DNA from: Staphylothermus marinus F1
GTDB taxonomy: Archaea; Thermoproteota; Thermoprotei_A; Sulfolobales; Desulfurococcaceae
DNA: 32,000 bases
Direction of reading: 5' to 3'
Assembly (NCBI RefSeq): GCF_000015945.1
Contig: NC_009033.1
Span: forward strand, 1,140,001-1,172,000
Below, in pieces: positions 18,179 to 25,630 of this stretch (its first letter is position 1; every line of letters begins with the position of its first letter). The notes beneath the pieces are model-generated. The model searched no databases. It saw only the letters and a list, made by a program, of their open reading frames with translations, and had not been told where the DNA came from. Both the position numbers and the translations under genes were made by a program.

Positions 18179-18694
18179 ATGACGTATATCACAAAACCCT
18201 TAACATCGAGGGAGATATCAAAAACTATACTGATAGGTGTAGTTAAAGGGTTATTCTACTATATAGTATATTACGTTATCTTGTTCGGACTAATAGTGTA
18301 CTATGTTATCCCGTATCTTATGGGAGCTAGTGGATTAAAGGATTTCAATATGAATTCAATTATAAGCTTCAAATTAATTGACATAAATATCTTAGCAATA
18401 TTCATGACATTATCGATTATAGGTACTTTCCTAGTAAGACATATACCCTACGGTAGAGCTATGAATACATTGCTGGGTTTATTAATGTTATACATTGTGT
18501 TATTAATGTTTAACTTCGGAGAATTCAGCGGCTATATTGAACAATATAATATTTACTACAATGTAGACTTATCACCACTATTTAAAGTATTTCTATTAAT
18601 AATAGCAGTATTTACAATTGGACAGATATCCATAGAAGTCGGTAGAGAGTATAAAAGTAGGAAAACAAATATAGATACAAAAAATATAGAATAA
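18179..18694 (+). CDS. Polytopic membrane protein (about 4 helices)
   Basis: 171 aa with four hydrophobic segments. It starts 3 nt after the preceding stop. Confidence 0.6.
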   Translation: MTYITKPLTSREISKTILIGVVKGLFYYIVYYVILFGLIVYYVIPYLMGASGLKDFNMNSIISFKLIDINILAIFMTLSIIGTFLVRHIPYGRAMNTLLGLLMLYIVLLMFNFGEFSGYIEQYNIYYNVDLSPLFKVFLLIIAVFTIGQISIEVGREYKSRKTNIDTKNIE

Positions 18695-18737
18695 CGAAAT
18701 AATTCAGACCATAAACAATAATAGAAGGCGATCACTA

Positions 18738-19763
18738 TTGACAAAGACGAGTAAGAATATTGCTAGAGTATTTGTCGGCGGAGACTGGGATGCCGACGGA
18801 GTAGTTGCTGCAGCACTAATAGTTTATTCACAGGAAAAACTTGGTATGTATCCATTGAAGGCGAAAGCTATTGTTGATAAAAAACCTGTTGATCCGGAAA
18901 AACTAAAATTTATAATTGGAAACTTCAGAGGAAACTATGATCTAGTAATTCTCTTAGATCTACCATATACGGATACTGTACCGCGTGTCTTAAAAATAAT
19001 TAAGCAACATTTTGGAGTAAAGAAAATAATGTATATTGATCACCACTTATCTACTCTGACAAACAAAGAGAAGCTTAAAGAAGTGGTTGATGAATTAATC
19101 ATAGATCGCAGAATGCCTACTGCAGGAATTGTTGAAAAATTATTAGTGGAAAATGGTATATCAATACATTCTAGACTTAAATCATTTGTCGAAGTAGTCA
19201 AGTATATGGATAGTGGTAAAAAAGTTCCACAAAAATATCTGAAGTTATTCCAGATAACCTCAATGTTCTCAAAAGCTTTAACAGCGATAAGAGACGAGGA
19301 TCTCTGGGTTAAAATTGTTGATTGGCTCGCTTCACCATCTCCATTACCAATGCCTTTAAGCGAAGGAGTCATGAAGAAGGTAAAGAAGATAATTGAGATA
19401 AGAGATAAGGAAATAAAGGAGAAAGCACTTGATCTAGCGTTGAGCGCTGTAAAGATCGGTGAGCTAAGATTTATAGATGCACGTAGCGTGTGGAAACACC
19501 GTGGAGGCACTGCATTAGCGTCCAAGATATCATCTATTCTAAAAGCACCTGTTGCAGTATTAATTGATACAAATAAAAACTATTCATTACTAATAATTAA
19601 GGCTCCAAGAGGTAAAGCATACAGAATCGCGAAGTTCCTTATAGGTGAGGGGCTCGCACTAGATATAGCTGGCCATCCAAATCTTGCTATAGTAAAGATT
19701 AAGAAAGATCCTGATAAAAAGGTGTTAATCGATAAATTGAGAGAAGCAGAATTTTATATTTGA
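18738..19763 (+). CDS. DHH-family phosphoesterase (RecJ-like)
   Basis: Motif I VGGDWDADGVVAAALIV and the DHH motif YIDHHLS are present. The protein is short (341 aa). TTG start. Confidence 0.85.
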   Translation: MTKTSKNIARVFVGGDWDADGVVAAALIVYSQEKLGMYPLKAKAIVDKKPVDPEKLKFIIGNFRGNYDLVILLDLPYTDTVPRVLKIIKQHFGVKKIMYIDHHLSTLTNKEKLKEVVDELIIDRRMPTAGIVEKLLVENGISIHSRLKSFVEVVKYMDSGKKVPQKYLKLFQITSMFSKALTAIRDEDLWVKIVDWLASPSPLPMPLSEGVMKKVKKIIEIRDKEIKEKALDLALSAVKIGELRFIDARSVWKHRGGTALASKISSILKAPVAVLIDTNKNYSLLIIKAPRGKAYRIAKFLIGEGLALDIAGHPNLAIVKIKKDPDKKVLIDKLREAEFYI

Positions 19764-19874
19764 CAATGAGTTTTCTTAGCTATAATATTTGCTATTTAAT
19801 ATAGTTGCTATAAACCAGAATGTTCTAATACTATTAATATATAATAAATTATTTACAATTCTGTATAGTGGTGA

Positions 19875-20939
19875 TTGTTTTTGACAATGCTTAGAATTGT
19901 TATTGAAACTGATTCGTTGAGAAAGCATAGTCCTTGGTTTGAGCATCCAGAAAACCCTGGACGGATCAAGTATGTTATTGATGGAATTAAAAGGAATGGG
20001 TTAACCGATTATACGAGGTTTGTTAAACACAGTTATGAGGAAAAAGAAGTTCTACAAGTTCTTAATCGAGTTCATTGTAGAAAATATATAGAGTACATTA
20101 TGAAATGCAGGAATAATGCTCCATGCCAAATCGATCCTGACACCTATTTTAGCGAGACCAGCTACGAATTAGCTCTGGAAACATTTGATCTATCATATAA
20201 TACAGGATTATCTATTGGGGAACAAGAAAGAATATTCCTAATAATGAGACCTCCCGGTCATCACGCTGGTAAGTGTGGAAAAGCATTTAATGCACCAACT
20301 CAAGGGTTCTGCATATTCAATAATGCTGCAGCTACTGTACTTGGATTTAAAGATAGAGGGTTTAAGAGGGTAGCTATACTGGATATAGATGTACATCATG
20401 GTAATGGAACACAGGAAATATTTTATAAAAACAACGATGTTCTACATATTGATATTCATAGAAATCCCCACGACTTTTATCCCTTTACTGGTTTTCCAGA
20501 GGATATAGGAATGGGTAGAGGAAGAGGGTACTCTGTTAATTTCATAGTTTTACCACATACTGGTGATGATTCATATATTCACATAGTTGATTATGCATTT
20601 AAGCTCATACAATTATATGGTCCTGAAGCACTTATTGTATCCGCTGGATTTGATGGTTACAAGAATGATGGATTAGCTGATCTAGATTTGTCGCAGTATT
20701 CATATTACTATATAGGTAGGAAGCTTTCGAGAATAGATGTTCCAGTAGTAATTGTTTTAGAAGGCGGATACGGTTTAGGATTAATAAAAGGTATACCAGC
20801 GCTTCTCAACGGACTACTTGGTATTGAAAAACAATATAGTACAACAATAACTAATAATAAAATATCATTATATAACTTAATGATTGCGAGAAAAATTTTT
20901 GACACAATAACTAAGGTGTGGAGGCAAAGTCGTGAATGA
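19875..20939 (+). CDS. Histone-deacetylase/acetoin-utilisation/acetylpolyamine amidohydrolase family protein
   Basis: Contains RPPGHHA, DIDVHHGNGTQEIF, SAGFDGY and EGGY. ATG 19887 (MLRIV...) is the more likely start than TTG 19875. Confidence 0.9.
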   Translation: MFLTMLRIVIETDSLRKHSPWFEHPENPGRIKYVIDGIKRNGLTDYTRFVKHSYEEKEVLQVLNRVHCRKYIEYIMKCRNNAPCQIDPDTYFSETSYELALETFDLSYNTGLSIGEQERIFLIMRPPGHHAGKCGKAFNAPTQGFCIFNNAAATVLGFKDRGFKRVAILDIDVHHGNGTQEIFYKNNDVLHIDIHRNPHDFYPFTGFPEDIGMGRGRGYSVNFIVLPHTGDDSYIHIVDYAFKLIQLYGPEALIVSAGFDGYKNDGLADLDLSQYSYYYIGRKLSRIDVPVVIVLEGGYGLGLIKGIPALLNGLLGIEKQYSTTITNNKISLYNLMIARKIFDTITKVWRQSRE

Positions 20940-21501
20940 ATATGTAGAAGTTGAAGGAAAATATAGAGTAATATGTGATGATATCAATAAGATCAGTTAT
21001 TTTCTCAAAGAAAAAGATTTTAGAGAGGAATATAGGGTTGTCGAAAAGGATATATACTATAATCATCCCTGCAGAGATTTTTCTCGAACAGATGAAGCAT
21101 TGAGAATTAGGATTAGAAAATATATAGGACAAGGAATTAGAAAGACAGTCTTAACATATAAGGGTTCGAGGAAAGTTTTAGGTGAAGGTGTAAAGGCAAG
21201 AGAAGAAATAGAGGTAGAATTGAACAATTGGAGGAAAATGAATAACATCCTGCTTTGCCTCGGCTTTCAGAGGGTTATATCATTCGTTAAGGAAAGAATT
21301 ATTTATAGGAAGAGAGACGTGGAGGTCACACTAGATCATGTTTATGGATTGGGAAGATTCATAGAGGTTGAAACACGCAATCGATCTATCATAGAAAATA
21401 TATATTCGAGTTTATCTGAGTGTTTAGAACCTGTTAACAAAACATATTTGGAGCTTTGTTTAGAGACACAAAAATGTAGAGATGATTTCGATGATTCGTA
21501 G
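20932..21501 (+). CDS. CYTH-domain enzyme (class IV adenylate cyclase CyaB / triphosphate tunnel metalloenzyme)
   Basis: It has the N-terminal ExExK signature (VEVEGKYRV), EALRIR and RFIEVE strands. The GTG start overlaps the upstream stop by 8 nt. Confidence 0.85.
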   Translation: MNEYVEVEGKYRVICDDINKISYFLKEKDFREEYRVVEKDIYYNHPCRDFSRTDEALRIRIRKYIGQGIRKTVLTYKGSRKVLGEGVKAREEIEVELNNWRKMNNILLCLGFQRVISFVKERIIYRKRDVEVTLDHVYGLGRFIEVETRNRSIIENIYSSLSECLEPVNKTYLELCLETQKCRDDFDDS

Positions 21502-21940
21502 AGCAGTAGTTGGTGTGGGAGCTGTTGTTTTAGTAGATGATAAAATATTGCTTGTAAAGAGAGGAAATGAACCATGTAGAGGATGCTGGTCCATACCGGG
21601 TGGACACTTAGAGTATGGAGAATCAATCGGGGAAGCTGCTCGTAGAGAATTACTCGAAGAGACAGGTATTGATGCTAGACCCCTTGGAATAATTTATGTA
21701 GATGAGATCCTTCCTAAGAAAAATTGTGAGTATCATTTTGTTCTCATAGATGTCCTAATGAATACCAAGTATATAACTGAGCCTAAGGCTTCGTCGGATG
21801 CATTACAAGCTCGATTTTATTCATTAGCTGATCTTCCAAAACCACTTACTCCTTCTACTAAGCGTTTTATAAGTTATTTAAAATTATTGATTAAGAAAAA
21901 CAAATTATATGATAGTTTAATACCTTTAAGCGAGGTTTAA
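21482..21940 (+). CDS. Nudix hydrolase
   Basis: Nudix box GGHLEYGESIGEAARRELLEETGI. It overlaps the CYTH gene end by 20 nt (11 nt if ATG 21491 is the start). Confidence 0.9.
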   Translation: MISMIRRAVVGVGAVVLVDDKILLVKRGNEPCRGCWSIPGGHLEYGESIGEAARRELLEETGIDARPLGIIYVDEILPKKNCEYHFVLIDVLMNTKYITEPKASSDALQARFYSLADLPKPLTPSTKRFISYLKLLIKKNKLYDSLIPLSEV

Positions 21941-21943
21941 GTC

Positions 21944-22567
21944 TTGCTTCAACAATACAGGTCTTCACAGGAAATACTTTCAATAATATATAGCGAGTAT
22001 ATGAAGGAAGTATTTGAGAAACTTGAGGAATCAAAGGATCCAAGCATAATATTTGTAACAGATCTCGTTGCATGCACTCATAAATATCATTTACGCCACT
22101 TATTTCCAGAACTAACTATTAGATTCGAGCCAGCAGCTATACTGGGAGACTTGGTGCATTCTGGGTTAGAAAGTATATTGGAGAAAAGAGGTTTTAAAAC
22201 AGAATATCCTGTTGAACGTAAATATAAGATAAAGGGTAAAGAATATGTTCTTAAGGGACGTGTTGATGCTTATAATGAGGAGAAAGGCGTTGTAGTTGAA
22301 ATAAAAACTAGTAGGTCAACACAGAATCTACCTAGAGAACACCATGTTTACCAACTACAAGTATATCTCAATATTTTAAATGCTAATAGCGGTATACTAA
22401 TCTATATTACACCAGATAGATTATTAGAGTTCTATATTAGAAAAGAAAAAATCGATGTAGAATCTCTTATTAAAATGATTATAGAGGATAGAGTTCATCC
22501 TAAATGGGATTGGGAATGTAAATATTGTTATTTCCACAAGATATGCCCATATAGAGTTAGCGATTAG
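21944..22567 (+). CDS. Stand-alone Cas4-like PD-(D/E)xK exonuclease with a 4Fe-4S cysteine set
   Basis: It has an N-terminal Cys (DLVACTHKY), GRVDAY...VVVEIKTS (D...ExK), YQLQVY (QxxxY) and C-terminal CKYCYFHKIC (C-x2-C-x5-C). It starts 3 nt after the Nudix stop. Confidence 0.85.
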   Translation: MLQQYRSSQEILSIIYSEYMKEVFEKLEESKDPSIIFVTDLVACTHKYHLRHLFPELTIRFEPAAILGDLVHSGLESILEKRGFKTEYPVERKYKIKGKEYVLKGRVDAYNEEKGVVVEIKTSRSTQNLPREHHVYQLQVYLNILNANSGILIYITPDRLLEFYIRKEKIDVESLIKMIIEDRVHPKWDWECKYCYFHKICPYRVSD

Positions 22568-22602
22568 AAATATTTGATTAAGCATAAAACATACTAATTA
22601 GT

Positions 22603-22669
22603 TCGTGTATGATGAGCTCGGGAAATATGAGGGTTTACCGATGAATTAGGTCTTGAGTACTGATTACGA
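22603..22669 (+). ncRNA. Candidate box C/D sRNA in the convergent intergenic gap
   Basis: Perfect C box ATGATGA (22609-22615), D' -like TGAG (22628-22631), C' CGATGA (22639-22644) and D box CTGA (22660-22663). The flanks TCGT (22603-22606) and ACGA (22666-22669) can form a terminal stem. The second spacer is 15 nt, longer than typical, and I recognise no target. Confidence 0.35.
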
Positions 22670-22677
22670 TATTTAAG

Positions 22678-23502
22678 CTAGTTTTTGCTTTCCAGCTTCT
22701 CTCTAGTTATAGATACTTTAGCTCCTTTCTTAACACCGTATTTTTCAGCGGCGTTTCCATGATTAACTCCTATTTCGAAATAGTCCCATGAATTAATATA
22801 GCATGCAGGCTCTCCTAATCCGACATAGCTAAAACTTGGAACAAATGGACATACTAGTTCTTTATCGTCTATTTTGATATAGAGTTTTTCACCGTAGGAG
22901 AGTTTTATTTTATTAATGTCATCCATAGATATATTAGTCATTATGTTTCCAAAAACATCTATATAGATAACTGAGCCATGTATAGTGTTCTCAATTATTT
23001 CTGGTTTTATTAAATCATATTTTACTATATCATCAAAGCTAATCCTTACACCTAGTTCTTCCGGTTTTATTCCCCTAGATAACCATGCGGCAATTGGTGC
23101 AAATACGTCTCTTCCATGAAAAGTATACGAGACTCTTCTTAGCCTATACTTTGACTCTGAAACATCATATACTGATTTAACTCCATCATTTTGTGCTAGA
23201 AGAGATAAGCATCCATTATCGGGTCCTACGAGATAATAATGACTTGTTTCTATGAGCAAAGCTTTTCTCGAGCTACCAACACCTGGATCAACTACGCAGA
23301 CGAAAATAGTTTTCTCAGGGAAATACTTTGCTGAAACAAGCAATACTATTGCAGCTTCATAAGTATCTTGCCTTCTAACCATATGAGTTAAATCAATTAT
23401 TTCAGCTTTTGGATTAATACTTTTTATAACACCCTTCATAACACCTACATATGGATCTTTATAGCCGAAATCAGTCAATAACACGATCAAACCATTCATC
23501 AA
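22678..23502 (-). CDS. DUF62 S-adenosyl-L-methionine hydrolase (SAM hydroxide adenosyltransferase family)
   Basis: LLTDFGYKDPYVGVMKGVI, VCVVDPGVGSSRKALLI and FHGRDVFAP are hallmarks of the family. Confidence 0.9.
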   Translation of the reverse strand: MMNGLIVLLTDFGYKDPYVGVMKGVIKSINPKAEIIDLTHMVRRQDTYEAAIVLLVSAKYFPEKTIFVCVVDPGVGSSRKALLIETSHYYLVGPDNGCLSLLAQNDGVKSVYDVSESKYRLRRVSYTFHGRDVFAPIAAWLSRGIKPEELGVRISFDDIVKYDLIKPEIIENTIHGSVIYIDVFGNIMTNISMDDINKIKLSYGEKLYIKIDDKELVCPFVPSFSYVGLGEPACYINSWDYFEIGVNHGNAAEKYGVKKGAKVSITREKLESKN

Positions 23503-23550
23503 ATTTTATCACCAATATTTAACACTCCCAAATACAGTATATTATTTATT

Positions 23551-23620
23551 GGTTGCCGGGGATGTCTACGACGGGCGGACTGATAAGTGATGATCCATTG
23601 TAGCGTGAAACCCGGCAACC
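23551..23620 (+). ncRNA. Dual-guide box C/D sRNA clamped by a perfect 10-bp terminal stem
   Basis: GGTTGCCGGG (23551-60) pairs with CCCGGCAACC (23611-20). The internal D' CTGA (23580-83) and C' GTGATGA (23587-93) are canonical, while the outer boxes are degenerate (GGGATGT 23559-65; GTGA 23605-08). Both spacers are antisense to conserved 16S rRNA strings (see findings). The element is a GC-rich island in AT-rich DNA. Confidence 0.65.
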
Positions 23621-23655
23621 AATAAAATCTCCTTACAAAATAAATGATAATATCA

Positions 23656-23722
23656 GGGACCCGATGATTAGCAGCGGATAAACAGATATTACTGTATGAA
23701 GAACAACATTTATGAGGGTCCC
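23656..23722 (+). ncRNA. Second stem-clamped element with C/D-like boxes (uncertain)
   Basis: GGGACCC (23656-62) pairs with GGGTCCC (23716-22). GATGA follows the 5' stem arm directly (23663-67) and ATGA precedes the 3' arm directly (23712-15), the same layout as 23551-23620. The internal boxes are weak and I recognise no target. Confidence 0.3.
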
Positions 23723-23785
23723 ATTAATTCATAAAGCTTTATAATCCGAGAAAATACTCAATAAAAGTAATGAATAAGAGTAAAT

Positions 23786-23859
23786 GGGCCCGTAGCTCAG
23801 CCTGGTGGAGCGCCCGGCTGATAACCGGGAGGTCGGGGGTTCGAATCCCCCCGGGCCCA
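23786..23859 (+). tRNA. tRNA-Ile (anticodon GAU), no intron, CCA not encoded
   Basis: Cloverleaf by eye: acceptor GGGCCCG/CGGGCCC, D stem GCTC/GAGC, anticodon stem CCCGG/CCGGG with loop CTGATAA, variable AGGTC, T arm GGGGG-TTCGAAT-CCCCC, discriminator A. A TATA-like TTTATAAT lies at 23738-23745. Confidence 0.97.
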
Positions 23860-23860
23860 C

Positions 23861-24748
23861 TCAAATTCTATTTCTAAGCTCGTCCAAACTAATAATGATA
23901 GGTGATAATCCAAATACTTCTTCAAGAGGTGTATTGGCTGGGTTAAAAATGTTTATGATGTTTACCAAGCTTCTCTCTAGCGGTTTTTCACTATGTATTA
24001 ATGATTCTATCACATAAAGTGTAACCAAATAATTAATGTTTAATACGATATCGTATCTTCTACTTATTTTCGCTAGATCGATTCTTGCAGGATCGATGTA
24101 GTGGATATCTGTGTTAAATCCATTGATACGTAGCCTCTTAACATCATCCCTCGATACATAGTCCTCATAATGGTCTCTAAATAGAATAATTTCTATATGA
24201 ACACCTCTATCTAATAATAAGTCAATAATGTTTTTGAGAATCCACCATGTATATATTGAACCCATTATAAAACCCACTCTGTTTGAGGAGCTTACATGAT
24301 CCAATACGCGTGCAGAATCAGCTTGTGGCGGTACTGGAATCGTTAATATATTGCCTAATTTCTTCACATATTTAATAACTAATTCTCTAGTAGTATCCAA
24401 ACGATTAACACTGGCAGCTAAGAATAATATTCTCGAAAATAAGCTTTCAGCTCCATGTATTTTTAGCAATTTTATTTCTTCTCTCAATGCTTTTAAGAGA
24501 GAATAATTTATATCGAGATACTCAGCTTTTCTTAGATCATAAAATTTTATGCCTTCATGTGTCGAGTAGATATACATATTTGATAAAAGAGCGAATTTAT
24601 ACATTGAATACTCGTTCATATTTACTATAAGAGTTATTAGGTTCTTGTAGTGCCTCCATATATCATTGTTTGATGAATAGCTGAGAAAAGGCTTCATTCT
24701 ATGTTTCAACATGTAATGGATCATTTCAAGAATAATTTTTGTATTCAT
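23861..24748 (-). CDS. Hypothetical protein (295 aa)
   Basis: Long ORF that ends 1 nt from the tRNA 3' end and is co-oriented with the upstream 291-aa gene (6-nt gap). Its C-terminal half has a Rossmann-like alternation. No family assigned. Confidence 0.6.
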   Translation of the reverse strand: MNTKIILEMIHYMLKHRMKPFLSYSSNNDIWRHYKNLITLIVNMNEYSMYKFALLSNMYIYSTHEGIKFYDLRKAEYLDINYSLLKALREEIKLLKIHGAESLFSRILFLAASVNRLDTTRELVIKYVKKLGNILTIPVPPQADSARVLDHVSSSNRVGFIMGSIYTWWILKNIIDLLLDRGVHIEIILFRDHYEDYVSRDDVKRLRINGFNTDIHYIDPARIDLAKISRRYDIVLNINYLVTLYVIESLIHSEKPLERSLVNIINIFNPANTPLEEVFGLSPIIISLDELRNRI

Positions 24749-24754
24749 TAAAGA

Positions 24755-25630
24755 TCACTTTTCAAGGATGAAATCTATTCGAGTCTTTGCTAATACGAGG
24801 GATTCTCCATGATCGAAGAATATGTCTCCACTAATGAAAACTTGGCTGGGAACATATCCTCTGAGCACAGATAATGGTATATAGTTTCTTGGAGTAACTA
24901 GGTAGGGTTCACGGAGATCATATATGACTATATCTGGTTTTGCTTGTTTATCAATATAGCCATTATCAATTTTTATTAATTGATAGGGTTTCGTGAAAAC
25001 ATCTAATACGGTGTATATGTTCTTTGATAATTTAAATAGAATATTCATCACATATGATACGTTATATGTATAGTAGTCGCGGAGGTCTAGGAATAAGCAA
25101 TTATTATTTATTTTCTCAGGTCTACAAATAATATCTCTAATAAGTCCTAGTTTTTCATCATTGTAATATAGATTATCTCCCTGCATGTAAACATAGTATA
25201 AACCAGTATATTCCGGAACAGTTCCCTCCTCAGCAATTATTACTGCTTTTAAACTATGTTCTTTAAGAATTTGTATTGTTAAATCAATATATTGATCATA
25301 TATTACTGGAAAAGTGACACCATTCATTACAAGCTCATATAGTGCAGCATTAATTATCTTCTTGAGTTCATCTCTAGTAAATATTGATAAATCAGTTTTA
25401 ACACCTAATCCACGATACGGGTATCCCGATAAATTCGTGAGAACAGAGTATCCATGAATTGCTAAAGCTTTGTATTCATAATCTATTACAAGCTCCGACA
25501 ACTCATATATAGGATCAGCTTCTTTATCAGTGTCAATAATTTTATCGTTATCAAAATAAATAAATCCCTTATCAATCCCCTCTTTCTTTAAAATATATAC
25601 GTTATTCAATAATGTATGAATACCACCCAT
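24755..25630 (-). CDS. Short, catalytically degenerate amidohydrolase-superfamily-like protein
   Basis: The N-terminus (VYILKKEGIDKGFIYFDNDKIID) and C-terminus (KPDIVIYDL...QVFISGDIFFDHGE) parallel MtaD/cytosine-deaminase-type amidohydrolases. The HxH position reads AIHGYSV and the protein is only 291 aa. Confidence 0.5.
   Translation of the reverse strand: MGGIHTLLNNVYILKKEGIDKGFIYFDNDKIIDTDKEADPIYELSELVIDYEYKALAIHGYSVLTNLSGYPYRGLGVKTDLSIFTRDELKKIINAALYELVMNGVTFPVIYDQYIDLTIQILKEHSLKAVIIAEEGTVPEYTGLYYVYMQGDNLYYNDEKLGLIRDIICRPEKINNNCLFLDLRDYYTYNVSYVMNILFKLSKNIYTVLDVFTKPYQLIKIDNGYIDKQAKPDIVIYDLREPYLVTPRNYIPLSVLRGYVPSQVFISGDIFFDHGESLVLAKTRIDFILEK

Noticed and set aside
19040-19525. 161-aa minus-strand ORF
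   Set aside because: It is antisense to the motif-supported DHH phosphoesterase gene, and its translation is low-complexity with no motifs.
21944-22567. Cas4-like gene as a marker of a CRISPR-Cas locus
   Set aside because: I found no direct-repeat/spacer array and no cas1, cas2 or effector genes anywhere in the 32 kb. It is treated as a stand-alone Cas4-family nuclease.
23551-23620. Minus-strand reading of the stem-clamped RNA
   Set aside because: The reverse complement contains no UGAUGA or CUGA boxes, and its spacers would be sense rather than antisense to 16S rRNA. Only the plus strand makes a coherent guide RNA.
23786-23859. tRNA-Ile as an integration site for a mobile element
   Set aside because: No integrase gene is nearby, and I noticed no duplicated copy of the tRNA 3' half in the window. 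The flanking genes look like ordinary chromosomal genes.
23805-24017. 70-aa plus-strand ORF
   Set aside because: It starts inside tRNA-Ile and runs antisense to the 3' end of the 295-aa minus-strand gene. It is an artefact of the GC-rich tRNA sequence.
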